64,000 nt of DNA from the human T2T-CHM13v2.0 reference genome, Homo sapiens. Of this stretch, positions 35,145 to 57,507 are shown in pieces. Made by a program: the position numbers and the translations under genes. Within the stretch, counting starts at the first letter, position 1. Every line of letters starts with the position of its first letter. The stretch is taken from NCBI RefSeq assembly GCF_009914755.1, contig NC_060925.1; one strand, 5' to 3'. The notes under the pieces were generated by a model. It had not been told where the DNA came from. It worked only from the letters and a program-made list of their open reading frames with translations, and ran no database searches.

Positions 35145-38100
35145 AAAACAAACAAACAAAAACAACAACAACAAAAAAAAGAAAAAAGACAAAAATGCAT
35201 GATCATTTTTTCCAAGTTTAAGTAGTGTTGCAATTAGGTAATCTTGATTAAAAAAGAAAAAGTTCCTAGTTACATCCAAATTCAGGTACTAAACCAAATA
35301 TATCTTTCAGGGGCCAGGTATGGTGGTGGTGCATGCCTGTAGTCCCAGCTACTCGGGAGGCTGAGGCGAAGAATCACTTGAACCTGGGAGGCAGAAGTTG
35401 CAGTGAGATGAGATCGTGCCTGGGCAACAGAGTGAGGTTCTGTCTCAAAAAACAAACAAACAAAAAAAACCCACCCAAATATATCCTTCAGAATTACTTG
35501 GTTCCATGCCTATATTATTAAGTTTCATGGTAGTACAATTGTGAAAAAAAATGCTTGCAGGATAAGATTAAATCAGATAACAGTCAACACAACGTGGGTG
35601 TAACAACTCAAGAGAATAGGAAATAGTATTATCCAAGAAAACCAGACATTTCCTCAGCTAACTATATGCATATAAAAATCAGCATTTCTAGTATGTGAGA
35701 AAAGGAACCAAATGAAAAGCATTATAAGAAACAAGAAAATATTTTATGCATTTCATGTATCAGTTTTTTGCGACCAGTCTCCCTCTGTGGCTGGAGTGCA
35801 GTAGCGCAATCACAGCTCACTGCAGACCCAACCTCCTAGGCTCAAGTGATACTGCCACCACTGCCTCCAAAAGTGCTGGGATTATAGGTGTAAGCCACCA
35901 TGACTGACCTATGTATCAGTTTTTGAGAAGAGGAATCAAATGTCAAGTGGCCTTTTTTTTTTTTTAAATTTGAGACAAGGTGTTGTTCTGTCACCCAGGC
36001 TGGAATGCAGTGGTACTATCAGGGTTCACTGCAGCCTCGACCTCCTGGGCTCATTCAATCTGCCTGCCCAGCCTCCCGAGTAGCTGGGACTTCAGGTGCA
36101 TGCCACCGTGCCGGGCTAATTTTTGTATTTTTTGTAGAGACAGGGTTTTACCATGTTGCCCAGGTTGGTCTTGTAATCCCGGACTCAAGTGATCCACCTA
36201 CCTAGGCCTCCCAAAGTGCTGGGATTATAGGTGTGAGCCACCGTGCCTGGCCTTCTCTTCTTACTTGCTATAAATAGGTATAATCTGTAATTTGCCTTTT
36301 CCAAATTTCAAAATCTTAATTACAAGAAAGTCTTATCCAAACATAGAGTCTATTTCTAAAAACACATATTGAATGTACATATATTCAGAATATACTAATG
36401 ATCACATATTGGCATATTCTATTTCCATAAATACTATGAAAAATACTTCAGTTACTTATAGTCTAGTTTTACTATTCAGAGTTGCGGTACAGTATACTAA
36501 CATTAAAAGGATAGGCTGTAGCCCCAGGGCACCCTGTTTTAAGTTTTGGTTTCACCATATTCTTGTCTGTTTCTCAGAGGTTATTATTAAACTACTTTAT
36601 AGGATTGTTGAAAGAATAAAAAATTAACTAATATATGTGAGGTGTTTAGTTGGTCCTCAATAAATACTGGCAGTGATCATGATACTGGTGCACATGCTTA
36701 TTTATGCTTTCACATGACACAGACAGAAGGTGCTCTCTTTCCATCTCCATCCATATAGATATAGATGTTATGTATGTATATATACATAAGATAAGCATGT
36801 TAAGAAGGAATTAAAGCTTTTGATTATTCATGTGTTTCATAGGACCAAGTCTCTCTAAGGTGCTACATCAAGAACTGGCCGTTGCCAGGCGCAGTGGCTC
36901 ACGCCTGTAATCCCAGCACTTTGGGATGCTGAGGCAGGTGGATTACCTGAGGTCAGGAGAGTTCAAGACCAACCTGGCCAACACCATCTCTACTAAAAAT
37001 ACAAAAACTAGCTGGGCGTAGTGGTACACACCTGCAGTCCCAGCTACTCAGGAGGCTGAGGCAGGAGAATTGCTTGAACCCAGGAGGCAGAAGTTTCAGT
37101 GAGCAGAGATCATGCCACTGTAGTCATAAGACTTTGTACAGTTAGAATTACAAAGATAAATACCAGGCTAGGCATGGTGGCTCATGCCTGTAATCCCAGC
37201 ACTTTGGGAGGCCAAGGTGGGCAGATTGTTTGAGCCTAGGAGTTCAAGACCAGCCTTGGCAACATTGCAACAACCCATCTCTACAAAAAATACAAAAATT
37301 AGCCGAGTGTGGTGGTGCAAGCCTGTAGTCCTAGCTACTTGGCAGGGTGAAGGGGGAGGACCGATCACCTGAGGCCAGGGAGGCTGAGGCTACAGTTAGT
37401 GGTGATTGTGCCACTGCACTCCAGCCTGAGTGACAGAGTGAGAAACCCTATCTCAAAATAAATAAATAAATAAATAAATAATAAAAAAACTTAAAAAAAA
37501 AAGGATCAGCTTGGGCCATAGAGTGAGACCCCATCTCTACTTAACAAAAATAAAAAATTAGCTGAGCATAGTAGTAGGGCCACCTGCTACTGGGGAGGCT
37601 GAGGCAGGAGGATGGTTTGAGCCTCGGTGGCTGAGGCTGCAGGGAGACATGATCATGCCACTGTACTCCTGGTCAACAGTGAGACCCTGTGTCAAAAAAA
37701 AAAAAAAAAAAAATCCCACAAAACAAAGATCAGTATCACCACACTGTTGACTCTGAGGTAGAAGTTAATACTGTAGAAGTTAAAGTTTTTGAAATATTTA
37801 AAATTCCAAACCACAAGTGTTAAGGTGACCCTTGTGGAACTGATAAAATTTATACTTTCATGTTTAAAAAAAAAAGGAAAAACAAATAAACAAACCAAAA
37901 GTAGGCAGGTAAGATCTCTTCCCCGCAAAATATACTTTAACAACCATCACTGTATATCTCTGACCCAAAGCACTAAAAAAGAAAACAAAACCAACCATAT
38001 CTCAAGACGTATTAGTGTTCAGATTGTGGTCCAAATGAACAAGTTAAAGGATTATCACAGTTGTAAAAGTGATGAAAACTATTAGGGGATATACTATTTA

Positions 38101-39665
38101 GAAACCAAACCAAACAAAACAACCCATTTAGTAAAAATTCTGCAACAAGGTTCATGATAGGCATTTTGTCTTTTAGTGTTATTTCAGGAAGGATAGGCCT
38201 AATTAGCTATCATTAAAAATAGAAAGGGGTACGGTTTATAGGCCTATTATAATACAAACTCAAAAAAATGTGCTAGTTATCTCACTAATTGAGTAAGGAC
38301 AAAGAAGGAACTGTTTCCCCAAAGGAAAGTGTCATGTGCAACTAATAAAACTGACATCACTTACTTTTGATGCAAAACACAAGTGGCTTTCTCGCTCTTT
38401 GGTAGCACAGAATAGCAACATGTAAACTTCTGGTTTGTAGTCAACTTAAGAAGACACTGAACACCTGGAGTACCTCTGGGTAATGTTTATACCAATTTCT
38501 TCAAGCCATCATAGTCAAAACCTGATTAAAATCCTGGCAGAATGGAGTTCAAAGCCTACAAAATTATTGGCTCTCAGAAGCTAATGCCCAAAGTCCATTT
38601 TGATTTCTCTGAACTTATTAAAAAAAAACACTACAATTAAGCACTTAGGTTCTTTAATTTGATAGACAAAATAGGCCTATGTTCAAAATGTAAAAGGCAC
38701 AAAAAGATAAACAGTGGAAACATAAGTCTTCCTAATCCTGTTCCCAGTCACCCAGTTTCTCTTTCTCCATGGCAGCCAGTTACCTGTTTCTTCTGGACGA
38801 TTTAATTACAGGCTTAATGAAATTATGATTTCAACTGCTTATTCCTGTTTCACGATCATATATTACTGTCTCAAAAGGATTATAAACTTCTCAAAGGAAG
38901 GGATCAGTGTTTTCTGTCACTCACAATACCTAGCCCAGTGCTGAATATATTCATAGAACTTGACAGATATTGGTTGACTCTGGCACCACCTTAGCAGCCT
39001 AAGGCTAAGTTATTTATAGTTGAAACCAAGAATCATTACATTGGCTAGAAACAGTATTTTAGATGATGTTAAGTGAGCAACTTACTTCCAACATTTCCTT
39101 TACAATATGCCAAAAAAAACAAAAGAGAAATAAATGGTAAAATTTAAGTTTAGGGTGCAGCTGAAATGCTTTTAGGACTCATAACATCGCAAGTAATACG
39201 GAGGAGGTTTTTTCAGTTAATTCTAACATCATATAAAGATTTTACCTGAGAATCTGAACCATGCCATTCAGGCTAGTCTGATTTATTTTAATCCTCCCAA
39301 CATCAATTTTTAAAAATCTATATTTATGTTTACATTTCAAGAGTCCAGCAGGGATCAACAAAAAAAATACAGCTGTGAATACATCATTTTTATAACAGTC
39401 TTTTAAACTCAATGATACATCAGTTGGAGCAAATCAAGGTCCCTCACAATTTTCTCATTTCTGTTTTGAAATACTACAGTATACTATAGCAAGAGTTGCT
39501 ATTGTTATCAGGAATGAAAAATGTGACTCTAAACACCAAACTTTAAGAAATAACATTTCAAAACATCTCACTGAATAAGACTTTTTTTTTTTTTTAAAGT
39601 TACCTAATACAGACACTCTGGCTGCTTCATGAAAATTAAAAGAGCAGGCCTTAATGGGTACTTAC

Positions 39666-39882
39666 CTCCACCATACATGACAGCCAACATTATGGAGGAT
39701 ATCCATGACACTTCGCTGGTGGTGGCATGGAATATACCTTCAATCTCTTTGAAGAAGACAGTAATTGATTTGGGAAATGCATAAGAGAAGCCGATGGAAA
39801 TGAAAGCTCCAATTACCACTGCCCAGCCCCAGCCTCCATCTGGGGGGGTGTATCCAACTGGACCTCCAACTGCTGGTGGCAT
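39666..39882 (-). CDS. SLC16A1: Monocarboxylate transporter 1, first coding exon (exon 2, c.1-217)
   Basis: Translates [39 protein letters not shown]... (SLC16 PPDGGWGW motif). Acceptor tttcag| puts exon start at 39926 (44 nt 5'UTR); donor G|GTAAGT at 39665. Confidence 0.99.
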
Positions 39883-40266
39883 TTTAAGTGTAGATAAATT
39901 CCAAAATGCAGGTCAAATCCAAATATCTGAAAGACATAAAATTAAAATAGTATGTCAATATAAGGCACACCTATAAAACTCTTTTGTGAAATAAGAAATA
40001 TAGCCAATCGTGGTGGATCATGCCTATTAGTAATCCCAGCTACTTGGGAGGTTGAGGCAGGAGGATCATTTGAGGCCAGGAGTTCAAGACAGCCCGGGCA
40101 ACACAGATCCTGTGTCTAAGAAAATTTTTAAAAAATTAGCTGGGTATGGTGGAGCATGCCTATAGTCCCAGCTACTCAGGAGGCTGAGGCAGGAGGATCA
40201 CTTGTACTCAGGAGTTTGAGACCACCCTGGGCAACATAAGTAGACCCCAACTTTACAAAAAAATTA

Positions 40267-41000
<734 letters not shown>

Positions 41001-41281
41001 CTTTACACCTAGCTCTCGAGTAAATGAATTTTTTTTAATGTTACTTATCCAATAGACATTATCTTCTTTTAAAGACATTATCAGAAAAAGCTTTAGAGTC
41101 ATAGTATTGCCCATAATTTTTTGTAGCTTAAAGGAAAATAGCTTCTCACCACTTAAGAAATCATAATTGAAATAAATCCCTTTCAATAAATCAGTTAACA
41201 TCATAATTCCTTAAATTACTTAGATAACCAAATGCCCCATTTGACTTATCTGCTTAACCTAAGATAACACATAATACATAA

Positions 41282-41452
<171 letters not shown>

Positions 41453-41455
41453 TGA

Positions 41456-41608
<153 letters not shown>

Positions 41609-42699
41609 TAATATAGCCTTTATAAGTTTTTTACCTTTTCCAAAATATATTCTTCCATACTCTTTTCATTCTCTTATTTATGGCTGACTTAACATACTAG
41701 GAAGTGGGTGCCTGACTCACTAGATATGTAGCAATTTACAAAAAAAAAGATAATTCTGAACACCGAAAATTTTCACTTAACAGGCTGGGGAATTATCTCA
41801 GAAAAGTTTCCTTTTATCTTAATAGCTTTGATTCAAGGTATTTTTCCGCATTATATGACAAGAAACTCCTAAACAACAGCTAGCCAATACAGTTAAAATC
41901 ATAAATATATATATGATGTCAAAAGATGGTAGTTTTAGGCCAGGCGCAGTGGCTCACACCTGTAATCCCAGCACTCTGGGAGGCAGAGGTAGGTAGATCA
42001 CCTGAGATCAGGAGTTCGAGACCAACCTTATCAATATGGTGAAACCCCATTTCTACTAAAAATACAAAAATTAGCCAGGCATGGTGGCATGCGACTGTAG
42101 TCCCAACTACTAGGGAGGCTCAGATAGGAGAATCCTTGAACCCGGGAGGCGGAGGTTGCAGTGAGCCGGGATCATGCCACTGCACTCCAGTCTGGGCGAC
42201 AGAGTAATACTCTGTCTCAAAAAAAAAAAAAAAAAAAAAAAAGTAGTTTTAAATCAAAGATAACTCCTTTGTCTTGAATTCACTTAGTACTAATGAATAA
42301 TGAATAGCATGGTTAGAAAATGTAACCTTCTGTTACATTTTCTAATAAGATTTTAATAAGGGGCAGGTGGGAGTGAGCGTTTGGTGGTAGGTTACCTGTT
42401 TTCTCATGAAGGTCTCCTTTACTTTAAGCCAACTTCCACCCTATATTACAACTTATCCTGTATGTTAGCAGGTCCATTTCAAAGTACTTCCACTCAGACT
42501 ATATTACAGCAATGAACACAGGTCAGAGATGACAAGTTCACTCTTGACTACCATGTTCTTTAGTCTATAACACAAACGCTTCTTCATAATATTAGCACTC
42601 AACTCCAAAACACTGTTCCTTCCAACCCCTATGAACACTTCAAATACAATTTAGGACACTGGACATTGCGGGAGTATGATGAAAATAGCTCCATACAAG

Positions 42700-46600
<3,901 letters not shown>

Positions 46601-46642
46601 AAGATTAAGGTGATGTAACTTAAGATTAAGGTGATGTAACTT
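46601..46642. repeat. Perfect 21-bp tandem duplication
   Basis: aagattaaggtgatgtaactt twice. Confidence 0.95.
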
Positions 46643-49447
46643 ACAGGAAATAGCTGGCCAGTCCTCATTTTCAAACCAATCAAGTAAAAGAGATTTCTGT
46701 TAAACAAAAGCACACTTCATTTTAATTCAAATAAATGTGTTGATACACATCTCTGTGATAACTATCTCATTTTTATAATAATAATTCTAACTTAGAAAAT
46801 AGAGAAGGCAGCCGGGGGCAGTGGCTCATGCCTGTAATCCAAACACTTTGGGAGGCCGAGGCGGGTGGATCACTTGAGGTCAGGAGTTCGAGACCTGCCT
46901 GGTCAAAATGGTGAAACCCCAACTCTACTAAAAATACAAAAATTAGCTGGGCATGGCGGCAGGCACCTGTAATCCCAGCTACTTGGGAGGCTGAGGCAGG
47001 AGAATTGCTTGACTCTGGGAGACAGAGGTTGCTCAGTCTAGGTGACACAGCATGACTCTGTCTCAAAAAAAAAAAAAAAAAAAAAAAAGGAGAAGGCAGG
47101 AGTTTGTTGTCCAGATGAAATAATTTTTCAATATTCTCCAATATTTCTGACCTAATCTCTTTTTGGATTTCTATCATGGGACTCTCTCTAGGACTATGCA
47201 TTCTGGAATTTTCCCTTCCTTTGAGATTTTTATTGCTTAGGACAGTGAACCACCATAAGAAATGGGATGAATAAGAGATACACCTCTCTTTTGTAGTGGG
47301 AGTAAAAGGCTTTTGGATAACTCAAGTTGGAAAAGAAAAAGTAGAGATCAGGCATCCATTCTCAAGAGGTAATTTTTAGCTAAGGTTATCTCTCAACCTG
47401 AGGATGTGCAGAATAATTCCTTCAAAAATATAACCCAGTTTAAAAATTGAAGGTCTTTGTCCTAGGGCATTTCATCTACCTAGGATTTGGGTGAGATAAA
47501 AATATTTACAAGTTAAGGTTTCCTAAAATTTCTACTGGAATGAATATGATTAAAAGCTATTTAACAGGTCAGCTCTGCTAACAGCAACAGCCTGAATTCT
47601 AAAATGATGTTAAATAAAACTGCTGCAGGCATTGATTTTATGAGCTTTTTCTTCTTCTAAGTATGAAAAAAGAGAACACTTAAAAAATTTCAAAGAACCA
47701 CTAAAAAGATTAATTCATCTCAGAATATTTACACACATAGAACACCCACACACAGACAGTAGGGCTGTTTAACACATCAAGCTCTGACTAGAACAGCTAA
47801 TACGTGCTGGACGTGATTAAACTTTGAGTTTAGCTGCCAGCTATGATTTGTCCCAATTAAGGCAGTTACAATTTTTAGTCACTAAAGCTTGCCTCATCAA
47901 GTTAATACCTTATTCCACAGTGCCAAAATTAGATTTAAAGCCTCAAGAAACTTTAGAAAAATTTAAAAGGAAATAAGAAAGTATAAGAAATAAGAGCATG
48001 CAAAATCATTATGAAAAACAGAACACTTCAAAAAACCACACACAGATTCAACACAATTCTGCCACCACCTGACAAATGGCTATCCCTGTTAACTTAAAAA
48101 TACTGATGGTACATAACTGAAAAAAAAAAGTCAGTTAATATTATCTAAGCATATTATTTCCTTTTTTAACTGGCAAATCTCAGCTATAAACAGAAGGGCT
48201 CATTCAAAAAGTAAATTATGAGAGCAGGCCCCCTTGCAGAGTACTCAGAGTTCCCTTGAGAAAGCAGAGCACATGCATTCTTTGTATGCTAAAGCCCAGA
48301 GGCTAAAAGGGACTAAAGTTTAAGATTTTAATCCTTACAATATGCACAGTAGCTTTCCTATCAGCTTAGCTATTACTGCCCAAGAGTGATGGGGAGACTA
48401 AAAAACAAAGTGATAGGGTAATGAGAAAAATTCTTCATTAATTCATCTTCTAAAGGATGATAGAAAACAATAACCCTAACTTTTCTTGGCAATGACGGTG
48501 ATAAGAATCACCTTCTAGATTTTCTGATATTTTTTTCTCGTAACTCTCATGAATTGTGCTAGTAAACTAATCTGGAAAGCCGAAGCTGTGCTCCATACCT
48601 GCCATGTCCTTGCCCCACTCCCAAAGAGAAGAGCTACAAAAGCCTTGAAAATAGTATTCATCATGTTCTGTACACTTTCCTCATCAACATTTAAAATGAA
48701 GCCACTGTCTTTTCCTAAAATGACAATGACCAGTTTGTGAACTTAAAAGAAGCAGAAAGTATCTAAAACCAATAACCTTAAAATAATCTGTTAATGAGTG
48801 TAAACTAGTTTTAGGTTTCAAACACATGGAAACATTCAAATCCAGAAAGGCTGATTTCCTGAAGCTATTGCTGCTAAAGTAGATAACCTGTTGTTCTCTG
48901 TAACTAGCCCTAATGCAGCTTCATGGTTTACAGAACCACCTGTCCCAAGTTAACTCCCAAGATTCAAAGTCTAGGAAACCTCACTTTCGTTTCTTTTCCA
49001 CTTTGAAACTGAATACATTGAGGAAACCAAAACAATGAAAAAATCAAGCAGAAAGCGCTAGTCAAAGAAGGAATGTAACTACTGGATCTGGCTAGCCAAA
49101 CACTCAGCAATTACGAAATGCATAATTTTGATCAAACTGCATATAAAGAATCTTAAAAAATATAAACCTGTCTCTGCAAACTTCCAACTCTCTTTACCTA
49201 CCCTGCCATTCTGGGAAAATCCTATCCACATTACAAGAAGTTAAATATATTATGCTTATAAGAGAAATTAACAACTTGCTAACTCGAATGCTTAAAGAAG
49301 GATTTTAGGCCTATCTTTCAGAATTCTGTTTATGATAATTGATTTTAGACCTTGCTTTTAATTCATATTTATAATCCCTAAAAAAATCAGTATTTTAGTT
49401 AATAATTTACAGTTTAAAATTATTTACATAGACCACTCTACCAATAA

Positions 49448-49711
<264 letters not shown>

Positions 49712-49804
49712 TGATCCACCCGCCTCAGCCTCCCAAAGTGCTGGGATTACAGGCGTGAGCCACCGTGCCCGGCCAACGTATTTCTTTTTAAAGACAGCAG
49801 ATTT

Positions 49805-50401
<597 letters not shown>

Positions 50402-51459
50402 TAAAATGAGTTATGTATTATTTCTTTCATCATTCTAAACAAAAACTCAGCCTCATACTCCCTCCACTCCCTGCCCCTGCCCATCCCCTGGCACAAAAAG
50501 ACAACAAATCTCAAAGTTTTTGTTCCAAGGCAGAAATGTATTTGGAAAAGGGAGTATTTTAATAGCATTTTCAGATAATTGAGGATATTCCTCTTTGATA
50601 CTACACCAAAACCTGATGGGTGATTTTTTTTTTTTTTTTTTTTTTTTTAAAGACAGTGTCTCGCTGTGTCACCCAGGCTGGAGTAGAGTGGTGCAGTGCC
50701 TCACTGTAGCTCCTGGGCTCAAGTGATCCTCCCACCTTAGTCTCACGAGTAGCTGAGATTACAGGCATGAGACACCATGCCTGGCTAATTTTTGTATGTT
50801 TTGTAGAGATGAAGTTTTGCCGTGTTTCACAGGCTGGTCTTGAACGCCTGGGCTGGGCTCAAGTGATCCGCCGGCCTCCGCCTCCCAAAGTGCTGGGATT
50901 ACAGGCATCAGTCACGGCCCGGCTGATAGTTTCATGATGATTAGTTTAAGTGAAATCTAAAGACCTCAATCGTGAGAGAGTCTTGAGGTCCTTGAAGGAT
51001 CCAAAAAAACCACACTTTGAGAACGGCTGTTTTTTTAAATCATTAATTCAATTTGATCACAAACGTGACTAAATTGATACCTAATGGTTTATTCAGACTG
51101 CATATCATCTTGGTGCATTCAACTGAATCAGAATCAGGTTAGACAATGTTTTTTTCAGCACTACAGTAAATTCTGATGTATAACAGGGATGTATTAATTA
51201 TAGAAAAAAGCTGATATATATGTATACTGGAAAGGATGGTCAGAGATGGTGCAGAATACACTATTTTTCACTGTACATCATTTAGGCTCTATTTAAATAA
51301 TATATATTTTATACTTTGATAAAAAGTATGCACATACTTCTTATTAAAATAATTTTGATCAAGGATGTCAAATTTACTATTTTTAGTCAGTTAAAAAAGA
51401 ACATGCAAAAATTCTATTATAGAACAAAATAATAATTCACTTTCCTTTACGAGTTCTTT

Positions 51460-51797
51460 AGACAAAATCATGTCCTTTGCAACAACATGAAGATGGTGGC
51501 CATTATCCTAAGCAAACTAACACAGTAAACCAAATATTTTTCTCACTTATAAGTGTGAGCTAAACTTTGGGCACACATGGACATAAAGATGGGAACAATA
51601 GACACTGGGGAATACAAGATGGGGGAGAAGTGAAGAGGGGCAAAGGGTTGAAAAACTACCTATTGGGTTCTATGCTTACTTCCTGGGTGATGGGTTCAAT
51701 TGTACTCCAAACCTTACCATCATGCAATATACCTTTGTAAAAAACCTGCACATGTACCCCAGAATCTAAAATAAAAGTTGAATAAATAAATAAATAA
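51460..51797 (+). mobile_element. L1PB/MA 3' end
   Basis: aatcatgtcctttgcaacaacatg...aacctgcacatgtacccc..aatctaaaataaaagttg plus A-rich tail. Confidence 0.75.
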
Positions 51798-51849
51798 TGA
51801 TGTAGTATAAAAAAAGAGTTCTTTGGCTTATCAAGTTTATCCCCTATAG

Positions 51850-52177
<328 letters not shown>

Positions 52178-52555
52178 TAGTCCTAAATACCATACGTATT
52201 CTTGGAGAGCATTCTCCAAACCAGAAATTTGTCCAAAGTTTTTCCTAACAAGAAAGCTCGCAATGCACACTTGTCAGGAGTCTACAGGACCATAAAACAT
52301 ACGAAAGCTAACATTTGTAACTGTCCTCATCTCTACTGTGATCTAGAAAAGCCCTGTTTTGTTTCAAGTAAATATAGCATGTGCTAAATTTGTGATACGT
52401 GATGAAATGGAGAGTGTTTGTAAGATCTCAGGGCCCTTTCACCACCTAAAGTAAGACAGAAGGAGGTTGAGAGGAGGGTTTCTCCAGCATAAACAATATC
52501 CCTTAATTTCCAGCCTTTCTGACACCTCTCTCTGTCCACTGCAGTTCAAGTATGA

Positions 52556-52858
<303 letters not shown>

Positions 52859-54627
52859 TGACACTTTTCTACCTTGTGAATGACTTTTGGTGAAGAATCT
52901 TTGCTAAATATTAGTCCAACTGAGTCAGCTGAGCAAAGCTTCAATGCTGAAATTTTTTGAAAAGGCATAAACAAAGTTCAAGTAACATGAAGGCATGTGG
53001 ACATAAAGAACCAGCCTTAAGAAATTTCCAGAGAATGGGATTTAACTACCAAATAACATGTATTATAAATATTTCTGGCTTGTTAGGTGAAATGGGTTTA
53101 AGTTTTCCTAGACAGCTGCCTGGCAATCAATGTTTCTGCTAACCAGCATTAAGAGCTACTTTTGCTATATCATGAACAAAGCCAGTCAAGCTGTTTCAAT
53201 GAAAAATAAACAAATGGAAAATGTTGGCTTTCTATTTGCAACTTCAACTAAATTTCATTAAGATACAATATGCCTGAGTAAGAATCAATCTTCATTTGTA
53301 TTTACTGGGCATATGTTGATATATAATTCCAATTAATTTGACTTGACTTTAATACTCTACAATACCCTATGATGCTACTATTGTGACCCCAATCCTAATC
53401 CTCTTGTACAGTAGTTGTTTTAGATATGAGGAGGATTAAAGTAGTATAGAGAACTGATGAAGTGAACATATTTGTAAATGGGCAAACTAGCATGCAAACT
53501 TAAAGGTAATGAACATAGATATACATATATGCACGCACTTGTGTGTATATATTTACTTATTTAATCCTCTTTTGTCAATCTCAGCCAACGTTATGTTAAA
53601 TAATCTGAATCTAGTAGCAAACACTCTTAATTCTCCTTGTAAGAAAATGACTTACATCATTTGTTCAACCAAATAAGCATGATTTTATTTAGGGAGAATG
53701 AGGCTATTATATAAGAAAGGTGTGGGGGTATAAAATGGATCACTTACTTTTGGGATAAGTACCCACATCAGTACAACTTTTTTCAAAAGATAGTGACCCA
53801 TTCATTTTAAATTGAAAACCGGAATTTTCCAGTGTCTACTAAAAGCACCACAGATTAGCCGGGCATGGTGGCGTGCGCCCGGAGTCCCAGCTACTCAGAA
53901 GACTCTCTTGAACCTGGAAGGCGGAGGCTGCAGTGAGTGGAAAGGAAGAATGGGGTATACTTTGTTAGCTAACAAAGAAAGATTTGTAGAAGGGCAATAT
54001 TTTAGGATAATAGCCAAAGAAGATCAAATATCAATGTCCTAAATTATCAAACTTCATCGTATTGTTTTTGCAATTAAAATTGCAAACCGGCTGGGCGCAG
54101 TGGCTCACGCCTGTAATCCCAGCACTTTGGGAGGTCAAGGCGGGTGGATCACCTGAGGTCAGGAGTTTGAGACCAGCCTGGCCAACATGGCAAAACCTCG
54201 TCTCTACTAAAAATACAAAAATTAGCCGGGCATGGTGGTGGGCGCCTGTAATCCCAGCTTCTCAGGAGGCTGAGGCAGGAGAATCACTTGAACTCAGGAG
54301 GCGGAGGTTGTGGTGAGCCGAGATCACACCACTGCACTCTAGCCTGGGTGACAGCATGAGACTCCATCTCAAAAAAAAAAAAAAAAAAAAAGATTGCAAA
54401 CTAAGATTTAAAAAATTACACACCATACAACTGTATCATCATTTTTAAAAAGTATATCAGGATATACACCAAACTTTTTGGCCATTCATTCAACAAATCT
54501 GAGTGCCTGGAGTAAAGGCAGTAAAAGAGAAAAAGAGACAGACATAATCCCTGCCTTCATGGAGCTTAGATTCTGGGAAAGAAAGAAAGTAAATAGGTAA
54601 ACAAATTAATTAAATAAATATGTTCTA

Positions 54628-54885
<258 letters not shown>

Positions 54886-55835
54886 TTAGACAGCAGTGGT
54901 GGCACACACTTGTGGTCCCAGCTACATGGGAGGCTGAGGATCACTTGAGCCCAGGAGGTGGAAATTGCATGAGCCAAGATCACGCCACTGGACCCCAGCC
55001 TGGGCAACAGAGTGAACCCGTCTCAAAAAACGAAAAACAAAGCCCCACAAAGTAGTAGTTTTAAAACATGACAAGTTATACATGTGTGTTATAGAAAAAT
55101 TAAAAGATATGTGTGAATAGAAAATAAAATTTACCTGTCATTCTACCATCCTCATTTAAAGTTATTTATGTTTTGATGTAAATCCTGACTTCCTTTTATG
55201 ATAGTCATGCATATGAATAAACATAAATATGGAATATGTATGTATATGCTGCTTAATAGACATTTTCCATTAATATCAGAAACTTCCTTTTTTTTGACGG
55301 AGTCTCGCTCTGTCGCTGAGGTTGGAGTGCAGTGGTGCAGTCTTGGCTCACTGCAACCCCTGCATCCCAGGTTCAAGCCATTCTCATACCTAAGCCCCAC
55401 GAGTAGCTGGGATTACAGGTGGGCGCCACCACATCTGGCTACTTTTTATATTTTTAGTAGACATGGGGTTTCACCGTGCTGGCTAGGCTGGTCTCAAACT
55501 CCTGACCTCAAATGATCTGCCCGTCTCGGCCTCCCAAAGTGCTGGGATTACAGGCCTGAGCCACTGCACCCAGCCTCTTTTTTTTTTTTTTTTTGTTTGA
55601 GACGGAGTCTCTCTCTGTCACCCAGGCTGGAGTGCAGTGGCGTGATCTCGGCTCATTGAAACCTCCACCTCCCAAGTTCAAGCGAATCTCCTGCCTTAGC
55701 CTCCTAAATAGCTCGGATTACAGGTGCCTGCCACCGTGCCTGCCTAATTTTTGTATTTTTAGTAAGGGTAGGGTTTCGCCCTGTTTGCCATGGCGGTCTC
55801 AAACTCCTGACCTCAGGCCACCCGCCTCAGCATCA

Positions 55836-56456
<621 letters not shown>

Positions 56457-57102
56457 TCAGCTACTAGGGAAGCTGAGGCAGGAGAATCACGTGAACCCAG
56501 AGGCGGAGATTGAGGTGAGCCAAGATCATGCCATTGGACTCCAGCCTGGGCAACAAGAGCACAACTCTGTCTCAAAAACAAAACAAAAAAACCTACTGTT
56601 GCACATTTAGGTTGCTACATTCTTTTTTCCTTTTATAGTATTTTCCACACTACTGTGGAAAACTAGAAATTTAGGATATAATTTTAGACAAAGAATTTCT
56701 GCAAATTCTATTTTTTATTCATATTGCCAACTTGCTGTTAAGATTCTACCAATTTCTTCTTCCTACCACAGTGTAACAAAGGGTTATTTTTTCACTCTTT
56801 CACTGCATTTTGTGGCAAAAGTATCTTCAACTAACAACCATGGCCACAGCAATATTAAAAAACTAAGAGTAGGTTGGGCACAGTGGCTCACACCTGTAAT
56901 CCCAGCACTTTGGGAGGCCAAGGCAGGCGGATCCACTTGAGTTAAAAAAAAAAATCCCTATATCTCATCCAAATATTAGCATTAGATGAACTTCAAGTAA
57001 TCTAATTTTCCCAGTTTTTGAGAAGTAGAGAAAAATATGAAACCAGAAAAAAAAACCTCTCAGTGATGTAATGCTTTCTAGATCTACTGCTCTCTACAGT
57101 GA

Positions 57103-57507
<405 letters not shown>

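Noticed and set aside
50962-50990. 8-bp hairpin gacctcaa/ttgaggtc
   Set aside because: Too short to be significant in 64 kb and lies in degraded repeat-like sequence.
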